DNA from: Lama glama
Taxonomy: Eukaryota
DNA: 64,000 nucleotides
NCBI GenBank assembly: GCA_028534125.1
Contig: CM052836.1
Coordinates: forward strand, 4,774,001-4,838,000
Direction of reading: 5' to 3'
The translations under genes and the position numbers were made by a program. Below, one piece after another: positions 26,669 to 41,190 of the stretch (its first letter is position 1; each line of letters begins with the position of its first letter). Under the pieces are notes generated by a model. It worked only from the letters and a program-made list of their open reading frames with translations. It did no database searches and had not been told where the DNA came from.

Positions 26669-29600
26669 AGATGAAGAATCCAAGTTTCAACAAGGTCAAA
26701 TAACTTGCCAAAGGTCATACAGCTAACATAAAGGTATAGCCTGGGTTATAGGTCAGTCCTAAAGCTAAAATCCATGTATTTTTATTGGGCCATTCTGAGT
26801 CTAGAGAAACCCAGCCAATTATTGATTTCGGTAAAGAACTTAGAGTTATAACATTTTTGGTTAAAAATTAAAATAAAAATAAATATGAAAACATTTTTGT
26901 CCTCCTCCATATTCACTGGGCTACTGATGGCTGAGTTGGAGGGAGGGAAACTTGAACAGCACAGTGGAGTGAACTCGTCACCCACCTGTCCTTTCGTCAC
27001 TGCCCCTTTCTGGACATCCATTTCCCAGGCAACAATATACATGTTCTGAGGTCTAAAGTCAAAAGGCTTCTATGAAAAGAATGTGTTAGTTTAAGCCCTG
27101 AACATAAGACAAAGCAATAAAGCAATCAGTAGGGGCAGGGCTAAACTTAGATGAAATTTAGAAATAGAAATTTAATTTTTTTTAAGCCTCCAGCATTCTC
27201 TCCTGTGCTTTCCCCTCTTTCATAGTGATCCGTTGTCACTGTCACAAGTTGTCTCTATTGAAATTAATAAACGTCTCCGAGAGTTCTGAGTGGTTCCCTG
27301 GGACAGTTTGTTTTCTGAAGCAGCTGGAGATCCAGTTCCCTGTAATGTGCTGGGCAGTGAGTGATGGGTGTGCTGCCCAAAGGTTTGTATGAAAGGTTGA
27401 CTCCAGGAAGCATGACGAGGGTTCTGGAGCTACTGTTTGCCTTCTTTAAGTCTGGTTTGGTACTGAATTTCAGTTTATTAAAAAAAATGAACATTACTAG
27501 TGGGGGATAAATGATTCATCAAGTTTAATTCACTGCTTTTCCCAGGACTATTTATATTTTCGTTGGAGATGGCATTCTTATGGTTCAAGAATGAATCTCT
27601 AAGAGTGGAATGTCAGATCTCCATCAGCAAATATCAATTAATCAGTAGATCTCCAGCGCCCCTGAAATGGCACAATTGTTTGTTTCTCTTCTGAATCAGA
27701 GATGGGACCTGGAGAGCTGAACTGATTCAGTTCACCGCCGTAAGGATTAACTTCTCCATTCAACAGAGGAGGAGCTGAGACCCAGAGGAGTTGGGGACAT
27801 TTGCCCTCATCTCACAGTTAGTAGGTGGCAAACAGGTTAGACCTCAGTACTTCTCCCTAGGATGATAGAGCCAGAGGGCTGGCAAAGATCTTAAGTTGCA
27901 ACGTGCATGTCCATCCTCCTGAGGACCTCCTCACCAAAGAGTTGTCACCTCCCCCGTGACAGGGGACCCACATTAGCCCAGTGATTTTTTCAGACGCTGC
28001 TGGTCTGAGCCCCACGTTGCTTTGATGAGCCCCCATAGGGCAACCACAGGAAGTCTGATGCTTCTCGCTCCTCCTCTGACCCCTCTGTTTCAAATCCCTG
28101 CATCATCCCAGTCATGCTTCTCTGAACTTTCTACCATTTACTTCAAACATGGCGCTCAGAACCGAACCTAGTACTCCAGGTGAGCTCTGGACGCATTCAT
28201 TCATTCATATGCAGACGTGTATTTGATCAGCATCAGATTTCTCTCTGCTCAGTGCAGAGTAAGGAGGCATGCTTAGGCCCATTGCTCAGGACAGGATACA
28301 TTTTTGGTTGCTGTCCAAGATCAGATTCGTTCTGGTTTTTAGGGATTTACGGTCAACTAGCTCTCTTTCAGTTCTTTCCCATGGCCTCCTGTTGTCGTGT
28401 GTGTCTCTCCGTCTCTAGCAAGCTCTTTTCTCTGTGTGGGAAGCTTGCCCTGTTTGTGCAAAAACCCATCCTGCTACTCTGGGGTGTGTGCTGACATAGG
28501 CTTTTATGAAACTCACTTGGGTTGTATGAGAACACCGTTCCTCAGATCCCGGTCCAGCTTTTGTTCCTTCCTGATGCCAAAGTTGACATACCCCCAGTCC
28601 ATCTCTGCTATAAAACCTGATCTCTAGGACAGGGAGCCATCTGTCCACTCAGGGGTCAATCAGGAGCCAACGAGAGGCTGAAGAGCTCACGTGTACAGGC
28701 GGATGCGTCCGCGGGCTGTGGAAAAATACCCGTGGAGTCCCTTACCCACCACTTCCCACTCTGTTATCCCTCCTCCCTCGCCTTGGCTCCTCACAGGCAC
28801 TTGAACTGGCTCCGAGGGAAAAAAGGCAACAGCCCAGTGACAGCGAGCACAATTTAAGTCAAGGTCTAAACGGCATTGCTGGAGTCGGGATTCTGGAAAC
28901 AGGAGGCTGCAAAACTTTGACATCTGTACCATCGCATCTTGCTAATATCTTTCCTCACCCACGCCATCCTTCCTCACCCCGCTCCTTCCCCCTTCTTTAT
29001 TGAAAGGGCTCCTTTCAATGGACTCTCCAGACGCTGTTTACACATTTATGGAGGGTCTTGCCTACTCATTAATAAGACAAGCAAACTTGAAACCCAGAGA
29101 AATCATTTGTGTGAGCGGGGATGAGGACCCTGGGACCTTTGTCCTAAGCGTCCATCATCCATTTGCCCTGTTGGTTTGTACATTTCACGAAGGGAGCAGC
29201 AAGAGAAAAGTCTGCAGCCTTCTTAAGTGTCTCCCTTCTTCAATTCAGAAGCTATTCATGCTCGTATCTCTGTTATGTTGGTTCTCGTCACAGGAAGGAG
29301 ATGTGGACCTTCTAATTTGAGCTCTGGTAAAGCTACATCAGCACCTACTTGCATGCCTTTGCCAGGGCAATCCTCAGTACCCGCTCCACACTTCACCGTG
29401 CAAGGCATGGAACCTGTCTGTATTTGCCTCTGATAAGTCAGATCTTCCTTGAAGGGAAAAAAAAAAACGTCAAGGATCTAAGTATAAACAAGCTCTCAGC
29501 ATGGAGTGAGGGAGAGATTCCAAACTTTTCCATGAGAGAATGACATCTCCCCAGCCTCCAAGCTCGTGTTGTGACTATTCCCCACATTTTTCTCCATAAA

Positions 29601-30384
29601 AGAACTTGGCAGGGCTAACTCATTTCCACTCACTCTTGTTTTCAGATGTTGTTTAGGTCAAGCACAAACTTTTCTAGTTTTGAGCTGGAGTTTGGACACC
29701 AATTCTGCATTTTTTGCATGAAAATTTTAGTTAAAAACTGTGTTGTCCCAAGGCATATCCCTTCCCTCACTCGTTGAACCACCCTCCACCTTATCCATCT
29801 CTGCACACACACTTAAAAAAAAAAGTTTAATATTACTGATTTGGCAGGAGGAAGTGTAAATGTTGTGTCACTGTTAAGACAGGACGTAATCCTGATAGAT
29901 GGGACTCGCCAGGGAAGCATGACGCTGACTGACAGATGTTAAATGACACCCGCTGTTCCCAGCAGCGCACAAACAAGGTGGTTCCAGGACAGGTGAAAAC
30001 AGCTCTGCAAGAGTCAGGGGGTGGAATTTTCTCTCCAGTCTTCCAGGGCAGTCTGTGTGTGTTGTCAGTCCGATGGGTAATACGTGCTTCTGGACTTCTA
30101 GGTTTACCAAATGCCCAGGTAGCTGGAGTGCCTGTCCCTTCAGTTCTGAGGGAGGGGTTAACTGGGATGAGCTGGCCTTTCCCTGATTACAGAAGGCCTT
30201 TTGATGATGTCAGAAATTGCAAGAGGAGGAGGCTTGAGAAGAAAGTAAGAAAAGCTGAACATTTGTTCTCCATAAGAAGAAAGAGCAAGAAAAAGAAAAG
30301 AAAAGAAAAGAAAAAAGCCCCAAACAAACCACAACAACGACAACAAAAAAACAGTCAAAACCCCACCCCCTAAACTATGTTCAA

Positions 30385-30510
30385 TATCTTATAATAACAC
30401 TTAAAGATAAAGAACATGAAAGTGAAGATATGTATATATATGCGTGACGGGACATTGTGCTATACACCAGCAGTTGACACATTGTTAATCGTGGTACTTA
30501 AAAAAATACA
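30385..30510 (+). mobile_element. Lineage-specific L1 3' tail
   Basis: gggacattgtgctatacaccagcagttgacacattg...cttaaaaaaa. Confidence 0.75.
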
Positions 30511-31109
30511 ACAAATTTTATGTTTAAGGCAAAAAACAAAAACAAAACCAGAAATGCACCGCTGACTCTTCCCTCCGTGGCTGGCTCCTCCAGGTAGCTC
30601 TCTCTGGTCCTGGCACCTGTGAGGCTCAGCAGGCAAACGAGCTGAAAAGAGGCTAAGCAGGTGGCACATGACCTTGGGCATTAGTATCAGTATTACAAAA
30701 TACTCTTAACGCCCGAGTCCTATTCCAGAGATCATAGGGCAGTTTGTGTTAAGGACGGCTGGACCTCCAGTGGTTTTGTAAAGATGCCCAGCATATTCCA
30801 ACGTGCAGCCCGTGCTGATGACCACGGGACAGAGATGCATCCTGCAAATGCAGTGGAGACTATGGGGCCACCTGGTATTTGAAACAAAATGTTGCTGATT
30901 TCCATCTTCAAGAGAGCAAACACAGCATTTATTCCCTGTGGACCACCATGGAATTCTAGGCTTAAAAACAGTCTATGGGTATCCTATAGTCATTCCAAGG
31001 AGAAAATGGGACTTTCCTTTGTATGTCACCCCTTCCTCTCTGCCCCATCACCTCCCTGTTGAGGGCTGTGCTCATCACTGGAGCTGGAAACAGGTAGAGA
31101 CTGTCCAGT

Positions 31110-31488
31110 CAGAAGAAGCCAAACAGAGAAAAGGGAGCCCTCCTACACAGTTGGTGGGAATGTAATTTGGTGCAGCTATTAAAGAAAACAGTATGGAGAT
31201 TCCTTAAAAAAACTGAAAATCCCAAACTTTCCCCAACACTTACCATATGATCCAGCAACCCCATTCCTGGGCATATGTCTAGAGAAAACTCTAATTTGAA
31301 AAGACACATGCATCCCAATATTCATAGCAGCACCATTAACAATGCCAAGACATGACCCGCAAACTTTTGGTCAACTCATCTTCGACAAAGGAGGCAAGAA
31401 TATACAATGGAATAAAGACAGTCTCTTCAGCAAATGGTGTTGGGAAAACTGGACAGCAGCATGTAAAACAATGAAGCTAGAACACACC
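31110..31488 (+). mobile_element. Two L1 ORF2 pieces in non-collinear order, then a 500-N gap
   Basis: 31110-31353 is the ORF2 C-terminal region (ttggtgggaatgtaatttggtgcagc...ccatatgatccagcaacc). 31354-31488 is an intact-frame ORF2 segment, [43 protein letters not shown]. Confidence 0.88.
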
Positions 31489-33474
31489 NNNNNNNNNNNN
31501 NNNNNNNNNNNNNNNNNNNNNNNNNNNNNNNNNNNNNNNNNNNNNNNNNNNNNNNNNNNNNNNNNNNNNNNNNNNNNNNNNNNNNNNNNNNNNNNNNNNN
31601 NNNNNNNNNNNNNNNNNNNNNNNNNNNNNNNNNNNNNNNNNNNNNNNNNNNNNNNNNNNNNNNNNNNNNNNNNNNNNNNNNNNNNNNNNNNNNNNNNNNN
31701 NNNNNNNNNNNNNNNNNNNNNNNNNNNNNNNNNNNNNNNNNNNNNNNNNNNNNNNNNNNNNNNNNNNNNNNNNNNNNNNNNNNNNNNNNNNNNNNNNNNN
31801 NNNNNNNNNNNNNNNNNNNNNNNNNNNNNNNNNNNNNNNNNNNNNNNNNNNNNNNNNNNNNNNNNNNNNNNNNNNNNNNNNNNNNNNNNNNNNNNNNNNN
31901 NNNNNNNNNNNNNNNNNNNNNNNNNNNNNNNNNNNNNNNNNNNNNNNNNNNNNNNNNNNNNNNNNNNNNNNNNNNNNNNNNNNNNNNNTTATCCCCACTT
32001 TCAGGAGGTACCTGATGCTGGGAGAGCCGTCCCATCCTTTCCACGAGCTGGGATACACTGGCTTTGGAGCTTCTTAAATTATCAAGGGAGGACGCAGTCT
32101 CACCTGCCGTGTGGGTCAGCTTCTCTGCCATCCTCACGGCCCCTGGGGGGCTTCCTGAGCTCGCTCCCAATAAACCCGCTGTGTGCAAGTCTCCCTCACA
32201 GGGCATCCGAGCGAGGTGACCTTCTCTTCCTTCAGACGTCAGCTTTAAGGTACGTGGTATTAACATCACCCCAGAAAAATGACTTGCTTAGTAGTTACAA
32301 GGAAGACTTAGTCTCTGTCATTCATTTCCCCTTCTGGTGGCTTTGGCCTTTCTAAGGAGGCCTGGGGAGGACCAGGGGACCACCAGTGACAAAGCTCTAG
32401 TGACTCTAGAAAGCGGCACCGGGAGTGCCTTAGGAAACAGATTGAAAAGGAATTCTGAATCCCACAGACTCACTAAGGCGAGTTGCTGGAAGACGATGGG
32501 TGTGAGATTAGCAGAGACAATGAAGGAAAGTTGGAAAAGTGACAGGGAAGAGGAGGCGGAGAACTTTCTTCGGAGATGAGAGATTCCTGTTTAATTTCCT
32601 GGATGAGTTACTTCTAATGGTTAAAAAAAAATCCACATCTGTTAATTTACTGCAAGAGCCTTTGTAATTTGAGAGCCTTCCAGGGAAGGGGAGGATGGCT
32701 ATAGATTTATGCAGTTAACTCTCAAGATGTGAACATGCAACCGGAGGCCCCACCTGTGTGTACAATGTACTTAAAGGATTAGAGCAAACTTTGAAATTAT
32801 GATATGTTTTACCTTGAGTAAGAACCTGACTCTTTAAGCTTCTGTTTCCTTGAAGGAGGAGGGAAGAAAACCATCAGTTCTCTAAGGTGATCGGGTACGT
32901 GAGACACTCTGCTTGTGGGATTTAATGAAGGTTTAAGTGCAGGTAGATGAAGGATGTGTTATTTATATATTTTATTTTAAACCTATTTTCAATACTTGTG
33001 ATTCCAATTCAAAGGTGTTGCGTGTTGGAGGTCCACGTGCCCTGACTGAAGGTGACATTTTCAGGGAGATGTAGGTGCCAGGGGACCAGGGCAGCAGCTG
33101 TAGTGTGAGGGGCTGGAGGGAGTAGAAAGGGGAATTTTCAAAGAAGTGTTGCTGTGGTCTCCGTGGTCCCTCCAGGGTCTTCAAGAAATCTAAGTATATA
33201 CCTGACTCTCTACATAAACCAAAGGCATCCTTGGGCTGAAGCAGGTGATTATTAAACTAAGACGGAAATTTCTTTTCCCTTCGTGTGATTAACCAGGAAC
33301 AGAGACCAGCGCATTTACAAAAGAATGACCATCACCTCCTACGGACTAAGCTACTGCTTTTGATTATTTGGTCTCCATAGATTTGTCAGGTGGGCTGGGA
33401 GAACATGGTAACCAGAAACACGTAAGCTCAGCAGCATGCAGTCTTTAGGGAGCAGAAAATCACACACAGTTATG

Positions 33475-36067
33475 TCTAACAAAGACAAAGTACTTTATTT
33501 GAAAAACACTCAGATGTTGCAAAAAATACGTAGAAAAATAAGGTTTGGTTGGGGGACTTAACTTCAACTCACAGGCTTGTGTGTTACAGATCGGAGTGGG
33601 AGTGATGCCCGTGGAGAACCTGACTGAATTTATTCAACAGGACAGAAACAGGCTGTCTAGGTGAAGTGGTCCGGGGCACCCTCCAGTGTACCTATAGGAT
33701 ACGGATACACTAACTCTTCAAATATCCTTCTGCCAGCGTGGGTAGGCATGAGTGACTAGTTCCAATGGGGGAAAAGCAAGATGGATTCGCCACACCAAAT
33801 GATTTTAAACAAAGTCTTATTCTTTTCTTTTTGCAACACAACGTACATCGCGGTAAAATGTTTAATCCTTGCAGATTTAGGGGGTGAAAGAATTCAATGC
33901 GGAGGGTGGCAGAGGAAGGATACCGACTGGAGAGCAAGCACTGAATGCTTATCTTAAAAGGCCTGTGAGAAGAAAAAAGCAATTGAGGTGGTCCCACCTT
34001 CTGTGCTCCCTCTTCTGGGTGGGCAACATGCGGCATTCGACAATATTTCAACGTGAAGCTGGAACGATAGAAAAGCGGGGTGAAACCAGCCAGCTTTCTA
34101 TCAACTTTGGCAATTTTGCCACCAGCAGTAAATTGGATCTTTTTAACAGGAGGAAATTGAAAGGTTTCTCACTGAACAGAATTAAGTAGTGGGATCAAGA
34201 GATTTCCACGCCTCGGGGTACCTCGTTAGTAACTGGCTTTTTTCATTCTGTAGTTTCCCCTCTACCGGGTCACCTGAGATCACATGATGAAAACAGAAGG
34301 GTGGCCAGATTTTCTCCTGTGCCCTCTTCTCATTCTCTCTGAAGTTGTCAGGTGACTCCTGAGAGGTGGGGGAACCCACATTTTTTTTTTTAATAGGCAT
34401 TAAACACAGTTCTTGAAGCATTTGGATAGTTTCATTGTTAAGCAATGGAAGCCATAATAATGTGTTTTGAAAACTGTTTCCTTTTTCTTAGCCTCTTCCT
34501 GCAAAGTGCCACCAGTTAGTCGCTCAGAGGCCTGGACTTTCTAAGGCGCAGGCCCCCTTTCTCCACGCCCCGCCCACGAGCCCTTGATTTCCACTAGACC
34601 ATTCAACAGTGCGTGGCCCTTCCTTCCACACTGTGTTCTTCCTTGTGTGTGAAACCCTCACCCCTCTTACCGCCTCTGCCTGCCTGGATCCGAAAGGGTT
34701 CTCAGACTTTGAACTGTAACAACAGAGCCACGAGAGAGTCCTATAAAAGCAGCAGTGACCTTCTAGAGCTGTCAAGTCTTTAAATAGGATTTGGGATTTA
34801 ATGCCATGTATTTTTAAAGGAAAGAAATAAGAATTACTTGTTTTTTTTAAAAAAAAAAAAAACACGTCTTTTGGCCAATGCAGAATCCACTCCCCCAATG
34901 CCACTTTTTTTTTAAACCCAGGAGAGAGAAAGCTTTGGAGGAAAAAAAGCAAAAAAGCAAAAAAGCCCAGATCTCAGACTAAATAAGGAAGGCGTCATAT
35001 GTTAGGTGCAGCCAGACAAAAAGTCTGGACTGAAACAAAGCCCTTCCGTGGGTGATTGTTAGGGAAAGGGGACAAAAAAAAAAAAAAGAGGAGAGGAGAA
35101 TGGAGCTTAAAGAATTTGGTGATCTGTCATGGTGTAGTATGAGTTATAGCCTGACAACGCCAGGAACTTTCTCATTCTAAATTCTCAGGCCCAGAGCAAA
35201 AAGGTCCAGAAAAGGCTTTTTTTTACCTTTTGCTAATAAAAAATGCAATGCCCCCAGCAGCAGTGTGGAGAGTCCTTGGGCCACTGTCTTGGACATGAGG
35301 AGACTCTGCTGGCCTGGGCCCACCTCTTGCAGACTTCTGTTTGTACAGCTTGTCTTAAAACCACAGTGAGTCCTTCTTGTCCTACTTGGGCCACCCTGTA
35401 AATACTTCAGTTGGCATATTATTTAGAAAGGAATAAGAAGCTTATGTCTCACCTCTTCCTACCCATCTCCATATCCTGTGCCAATCTGCTGAGCTAGGAC
35501 CACAGGCTTCTCTCTGGAGTCCTCTATCTCCCTCTCTCTTCCAGGGACAGAGAGAAACCTTGGTCATAGTCCAAGGCCAATGAGAGGCTTCTGACCTTCA
35601 GCTTAATTCAGTAGGTGACATCCTCATCCTTAGCCGTCCCCCCTAGCCCCACTGCCTTCAGGTTTGCTCTTGTGAATGGATGCTCAGCCACACGAGAGGA
35701 TGGAGCTGGAGCAGCAGAACCCTCAGAAGTGAAGCAGACATCACCTCACACATCTCATCAGCTCATACAGAATCACCCGAAGTGCTGGAAACAGCACTTG
35801 GCTTTGTCCCTCCCCACTTCAAGCAGGTCCGTAAAAGCAAAAGACCTCGTTCTGCGCTGGGGGAACTATTCGGATATTAAATTATTCCCTGTCCCAGATC
35901 TTTCGTTGGCCCATCAGTGAAGAATCTCGGATTTTCATGCAAACCTCCCACAGTTTTGGACTGCACGCCTCTTGCTGCCCGGTCCTCCCTGACCCTGGCC
36001 CCTTTCCTTCCAGAGGGACCACCTGGGGAAGGCAGTTTTGGATCACGGGTAGTTGTCTGCACTGGTG
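33475..36067 (-). other. NKX3-1: NKX3-1 3'UTR (~2.6 kb, 3' end approximate)
   Basis: Runs from the stop to an AATAAA with a downstream GU-rich element. Largely free of recognisable repeats. Length agrees with the long 3'UTR known for this gene. Confidence 0.7.
33494..33499 (-). terminator. Probable NKX3-1 poly(A) signal AATAAA
   Basis: tttatt on the plus strand. On the minus strand it is followed by CTTTGTCTTTGTTAGACATAACTGTGTGTG (GU-rich downstream element). A second AATAAA lies at 33629-33634. Confidence 0.7.
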
Positions 36068-37721
<1,654 letters not shown>

Positions 37722-38034
37722 CTGCCTCAGTCTCCGCCGGCGGCTCGGCCTCCCTCCGCGCGGCGCGGGGCCGGGCGCTCGGCTGGTCCTCGGGCGCCCC
37801 GGCACCGCCCAGTCCTTCTTCGGACTCCGGCGCAGGGTCTCGCCTCGGGTCGGGCTGGCGCGGGGGCTGCGGCTGCGGGTTGCCCGCTGGGCCTCCGTGC
37901 CGCTCCGCGCCGTCCCGCAGGATGTCCTGGATGAGGAAGGAGGTGAGCGGCTTGGACGGGGTGGGTGGCGCGGCCCGCGGTCTGCAGCCGGCCGCCCCTG
38001 CCTCCGCCGGCCGTGGCTCTGGAGCTCGGAGCAT
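37722..38034 (-). CDS. NKX3-1: NKX3-1 coding exon 1 (313 nt, phase-1 donor)
   Basis: ATG in GCCGCCAGGATGC context. Translates [13 protein letters not shown]...[17 protein letters not shown]...AETEA, including the TN/eh1 motif SFLIQDIL. Ends at donor GCAG|GTAAGC (intron starts at 37721). Confidence 0.96.
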
Positions 38035-38120
38035 CCTGGCGGCCCGGCTCCTGCGCGGGCGCTATGAGCCGAGCGGCTGCGCTGGCAGCGCCCGCACCAC
38101 TTTCACTTTCCGCGGCCCCG

Positions 38121-38192
38121 CGCACTTATAGCCCTGGGGGCGCGCCGCGCCGCCTTCCCATTGGCCGCGCGCTCGAGCCGCGCTCTGATTGG
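38121..38192 (-). promoter_or_regulatory. NKX3-1 core promoter: TATA box plus two CCAAT boxes
   Basis: Minus-strand TATAAG at 38130-38125, CCAAT at 38164-38160 and at 38192-38188, 90-160 nt upstream of the ATG within GC-rich sequence. Confidence 0.8.
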
Positions 38193-38589
38193 CCGTCCGG
38201 CGCTCCAGGTGCGGGAAAAGGGTAGTCTCTCGCACAGTCTCGGGCTTGCCTTCCACAGAGGACTCTTAACACTCTCCTTCTTCTCCTGGATCCTGGGTCG
38301 CCTCCCTCCTCCCTACATCGTTTTCCCAGGCTGAGAGCGAAAACCAAAGCGAGTCTCCTCTGCTCCAACCCACGACATAAGTTTAGCTGCTTCTGGGAAA
38401 TCATGATGCAGAAGAGAAATATCCTATTTAGCTCTTAGAAATGAGTAAAGCGCCTTTACTCACAAAGAAATAGGCGGGGCAATTGCCACCACCTCACTTT
38501 GCAGGTGAGAATTCTGGGTGCCCGGTGACAAGGAGACATTGGTAGCAAAGCTGGAGCTACTAAATCTAAGGCTCTCAAAGAGACATGAC

Positions 38590-41190
38590 AGCTTGCGGTA
38601 CCTGACCCAAGGCTGGATTCTGTTCTGGACGTTATTGAGGAAACTGATGAAAATGGAATAAGAACAATGGCTGGAAGTACTGAGTCAGTGTTACCTTTCC
38701 TGAAGTTGGTGACAGTACTGTGATTGTACAGAAGAATGTTCTTAGGAAGTAAACACTAAATTGTGTAGGGGCAAAGACCCGTGATGTACATTACTTACCT
38801 TCAATTGGTTCAGAAACAGTGATACAGATGGATAACTAGGTCCCATATGATAAAGTGAATGGGTCAAAATATTAATCAGTGAGTCTAGAAAAAGGATATA
38901 ACAATGTTCTTTGAACTATTTTTATTTAAGGAACTTTTCTGTATGTCTCGGTCTAAGGTACCTTTCATTCCACGGGAAACTTTTGAAAAAGATGGTATGT
39001 TGTGTGTCTGGGGAGGGAGTAGGTTATTGTGAATAAAGCAACTGCTAAAGAGAGCCACCCTGTGCAACAGGAAGGTCTTTGGCAAAGATGGTTTTTCTTC
39101 TCTTATTTTTTCATTTGAAAAAAATTGTAACATTTTCTTTTGAAATAGTTAGAAATTCCTAGGAAGTTGCCAAATTAGTATCCCTTAGCTTCCCCAATGA
39201 TGACATATTATATAACCACAGTACCATATAAAAACCAGGAAATTGATATTGATGCACACCATTAACTAGACTACAGATCTTATTTTATCTTCATCATTTT
39301 GTGTTCTTGTGTGTGTGTCTGTGTCTGTGTAGCTGTATGCAATTTTATCATATGAATAGATTCTTGTAATGCCACAATTCAAGATACAGAATGGTTCCAT
39401 CATTACAAAAGGACTCCTTGTGCTATCTGCTTGTACTTGTGTACCCAAACCTCTTCTCTCCATCACTGACCCTTGGCAGCCACTAACCTGTTCTCCATTT
39501 CTATAATTTTACTATCTGGAGAATGTTATATAAATGGAATCAAACATCATGCAGCATGTGACTATGTGGAACTGAGGGGTTTTTTCCCCTCACTGAGTAT
39601 AATGCCCCTGAGGCCACTCAGATTGTTGCATGTATGAATAGTGAATACTTTTTAAAAAATTACTGAATAATATTCCACTGTATGGATCTACCAGAGTTTG
39701 TTAACCATCCACCCACTGAAGGACAATCGATCTGTTTCCAGGGTTTTTTGTTTGTTTTTTGTTTTTGCTATTTTGAATGAAAGTGCTGTGGACATTCACA
39801 TACAGGTTTTTGTATGAACACGTGTTTCCATTTCTCTGGGATAAATGTCCAGGAGTGGACAAGTTCTGGGTCATAGAGTAATTGCATGTTTAGTTTTATT
39901 AAAAACTGCCAAACTATCTTCCAGAAGGATTGTACCAGTTTTAGATTTCCACCAGCAACATATGAGAGTTCTAGTTTCTCCACATCCTATCAGCATTTGG
40001 TGTTATCATTATTTTTTTATTTCAGTCATTCTAACAGGTGTGTAGCAATGTCTCATTGTGGTTTTAATTTTCAATTTGCATTTCCCACGTGACATTGGAT
40101 ATCTTTTCATGTACTTCTTTGCCATCTGTATTTCCTCTGTAGTGAAATATCTGTTCAACTCTTTTTGCACATGTTATAATTGGATTTTAGTGGGTAGTTT
40201 GCTATTGAGTTTTGAGTTTTTCAAAATATATTCTATATATAAGCCTTTGTTGAATATGTGGTTTGCAAATATTTTCTCTTAGTCTGTAGCTTGTCCTTTC
40301 ATTTTTTTTTAACAGGATATTTCACAGCACAGAAGTTTTTAATTTTGGTGTATTTTTATTTTACAAGTTTCATTCTTGTTGTCATGCCTAAGAACTCTTT
40401 GCTTAATCCTAGGTACTGAAAATACTCACCTATCTTTTTTTTTTCATCTCCTATTTATCTTCTAAACGTTTTATATTTTACTTTTAAATCCATGATGCAT
40501 TTGAACTAATTTTTGTATATAGTGTGAAGTTTAGATTGAGTGACCTCTTTTCATTTTTAAAATTTAGAGCTGGGTGCCATTTCAAATCAAGGGGGTGAAA
40601 TGTGAATTATTTAATATCTAGTACATTTGGAAAAAATAAAGTTCTATTCTTATAACAAAATAAATCCCAACTGGCTCAAAGGTTTAAAACATTAACAGGC
40701 ACATGAAAAAAAAAAAAAGAAGTTTAACCACACTCATCATTCGAGAAATGCAAATCAAAACCACATTGAGACGCCCTCTTTCCACCTATTAGATTGACAG
40801 AGGTTAGAAAGTTGGATAATGTCTAGTGTTGATGGGGTATGAGGAAGAGTTGTTTCCATACTGTTGGAGGGAGAGTAAGTCAGTTTTGTATATTTGGGTG
40901 GCAACTTGGCAAAATCTGTCAAAATTAAAACTGGGCGTATCCTTTGACACACGTATTCCACACTTAGAGATTTATCCTAGACATATTCAAATACACAACA
41001 TGCTGACTTGGGATCATATCCTCAGTTTGATCAGAGAGTGATTCAAGTTGCAAAAAAAAAAAAGTTAAAAATGAGCTCATTGTGTAAAAATGATATTCAC
41101 AGGTTATCTATAGAATATTTTATATTTGAGCATTTTAATATATAGAAAAATCTAGAAGGATATAGCATCTCAATAGATCAGTTACCTCTG
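38590..41190. mobile_element. Block of old L1 fragments upstream of NKX3-1 (38590-38930 +, 39130-40545 -, 40560-41190 +)
   Basis: L1MC/ME-type blocks: cactaacctgttctccatttctataatttt; aactgccaaactatcttccagaagg; gaaatgcaaatcaaaaccacattgag. Confidence 0.8.

Noticed and set aside
29936-30373. 145-aa ORF with a Lys-rich tail
   Set aside because: The basic tail is translation of an A-rich simple repeat (aaaag)n.
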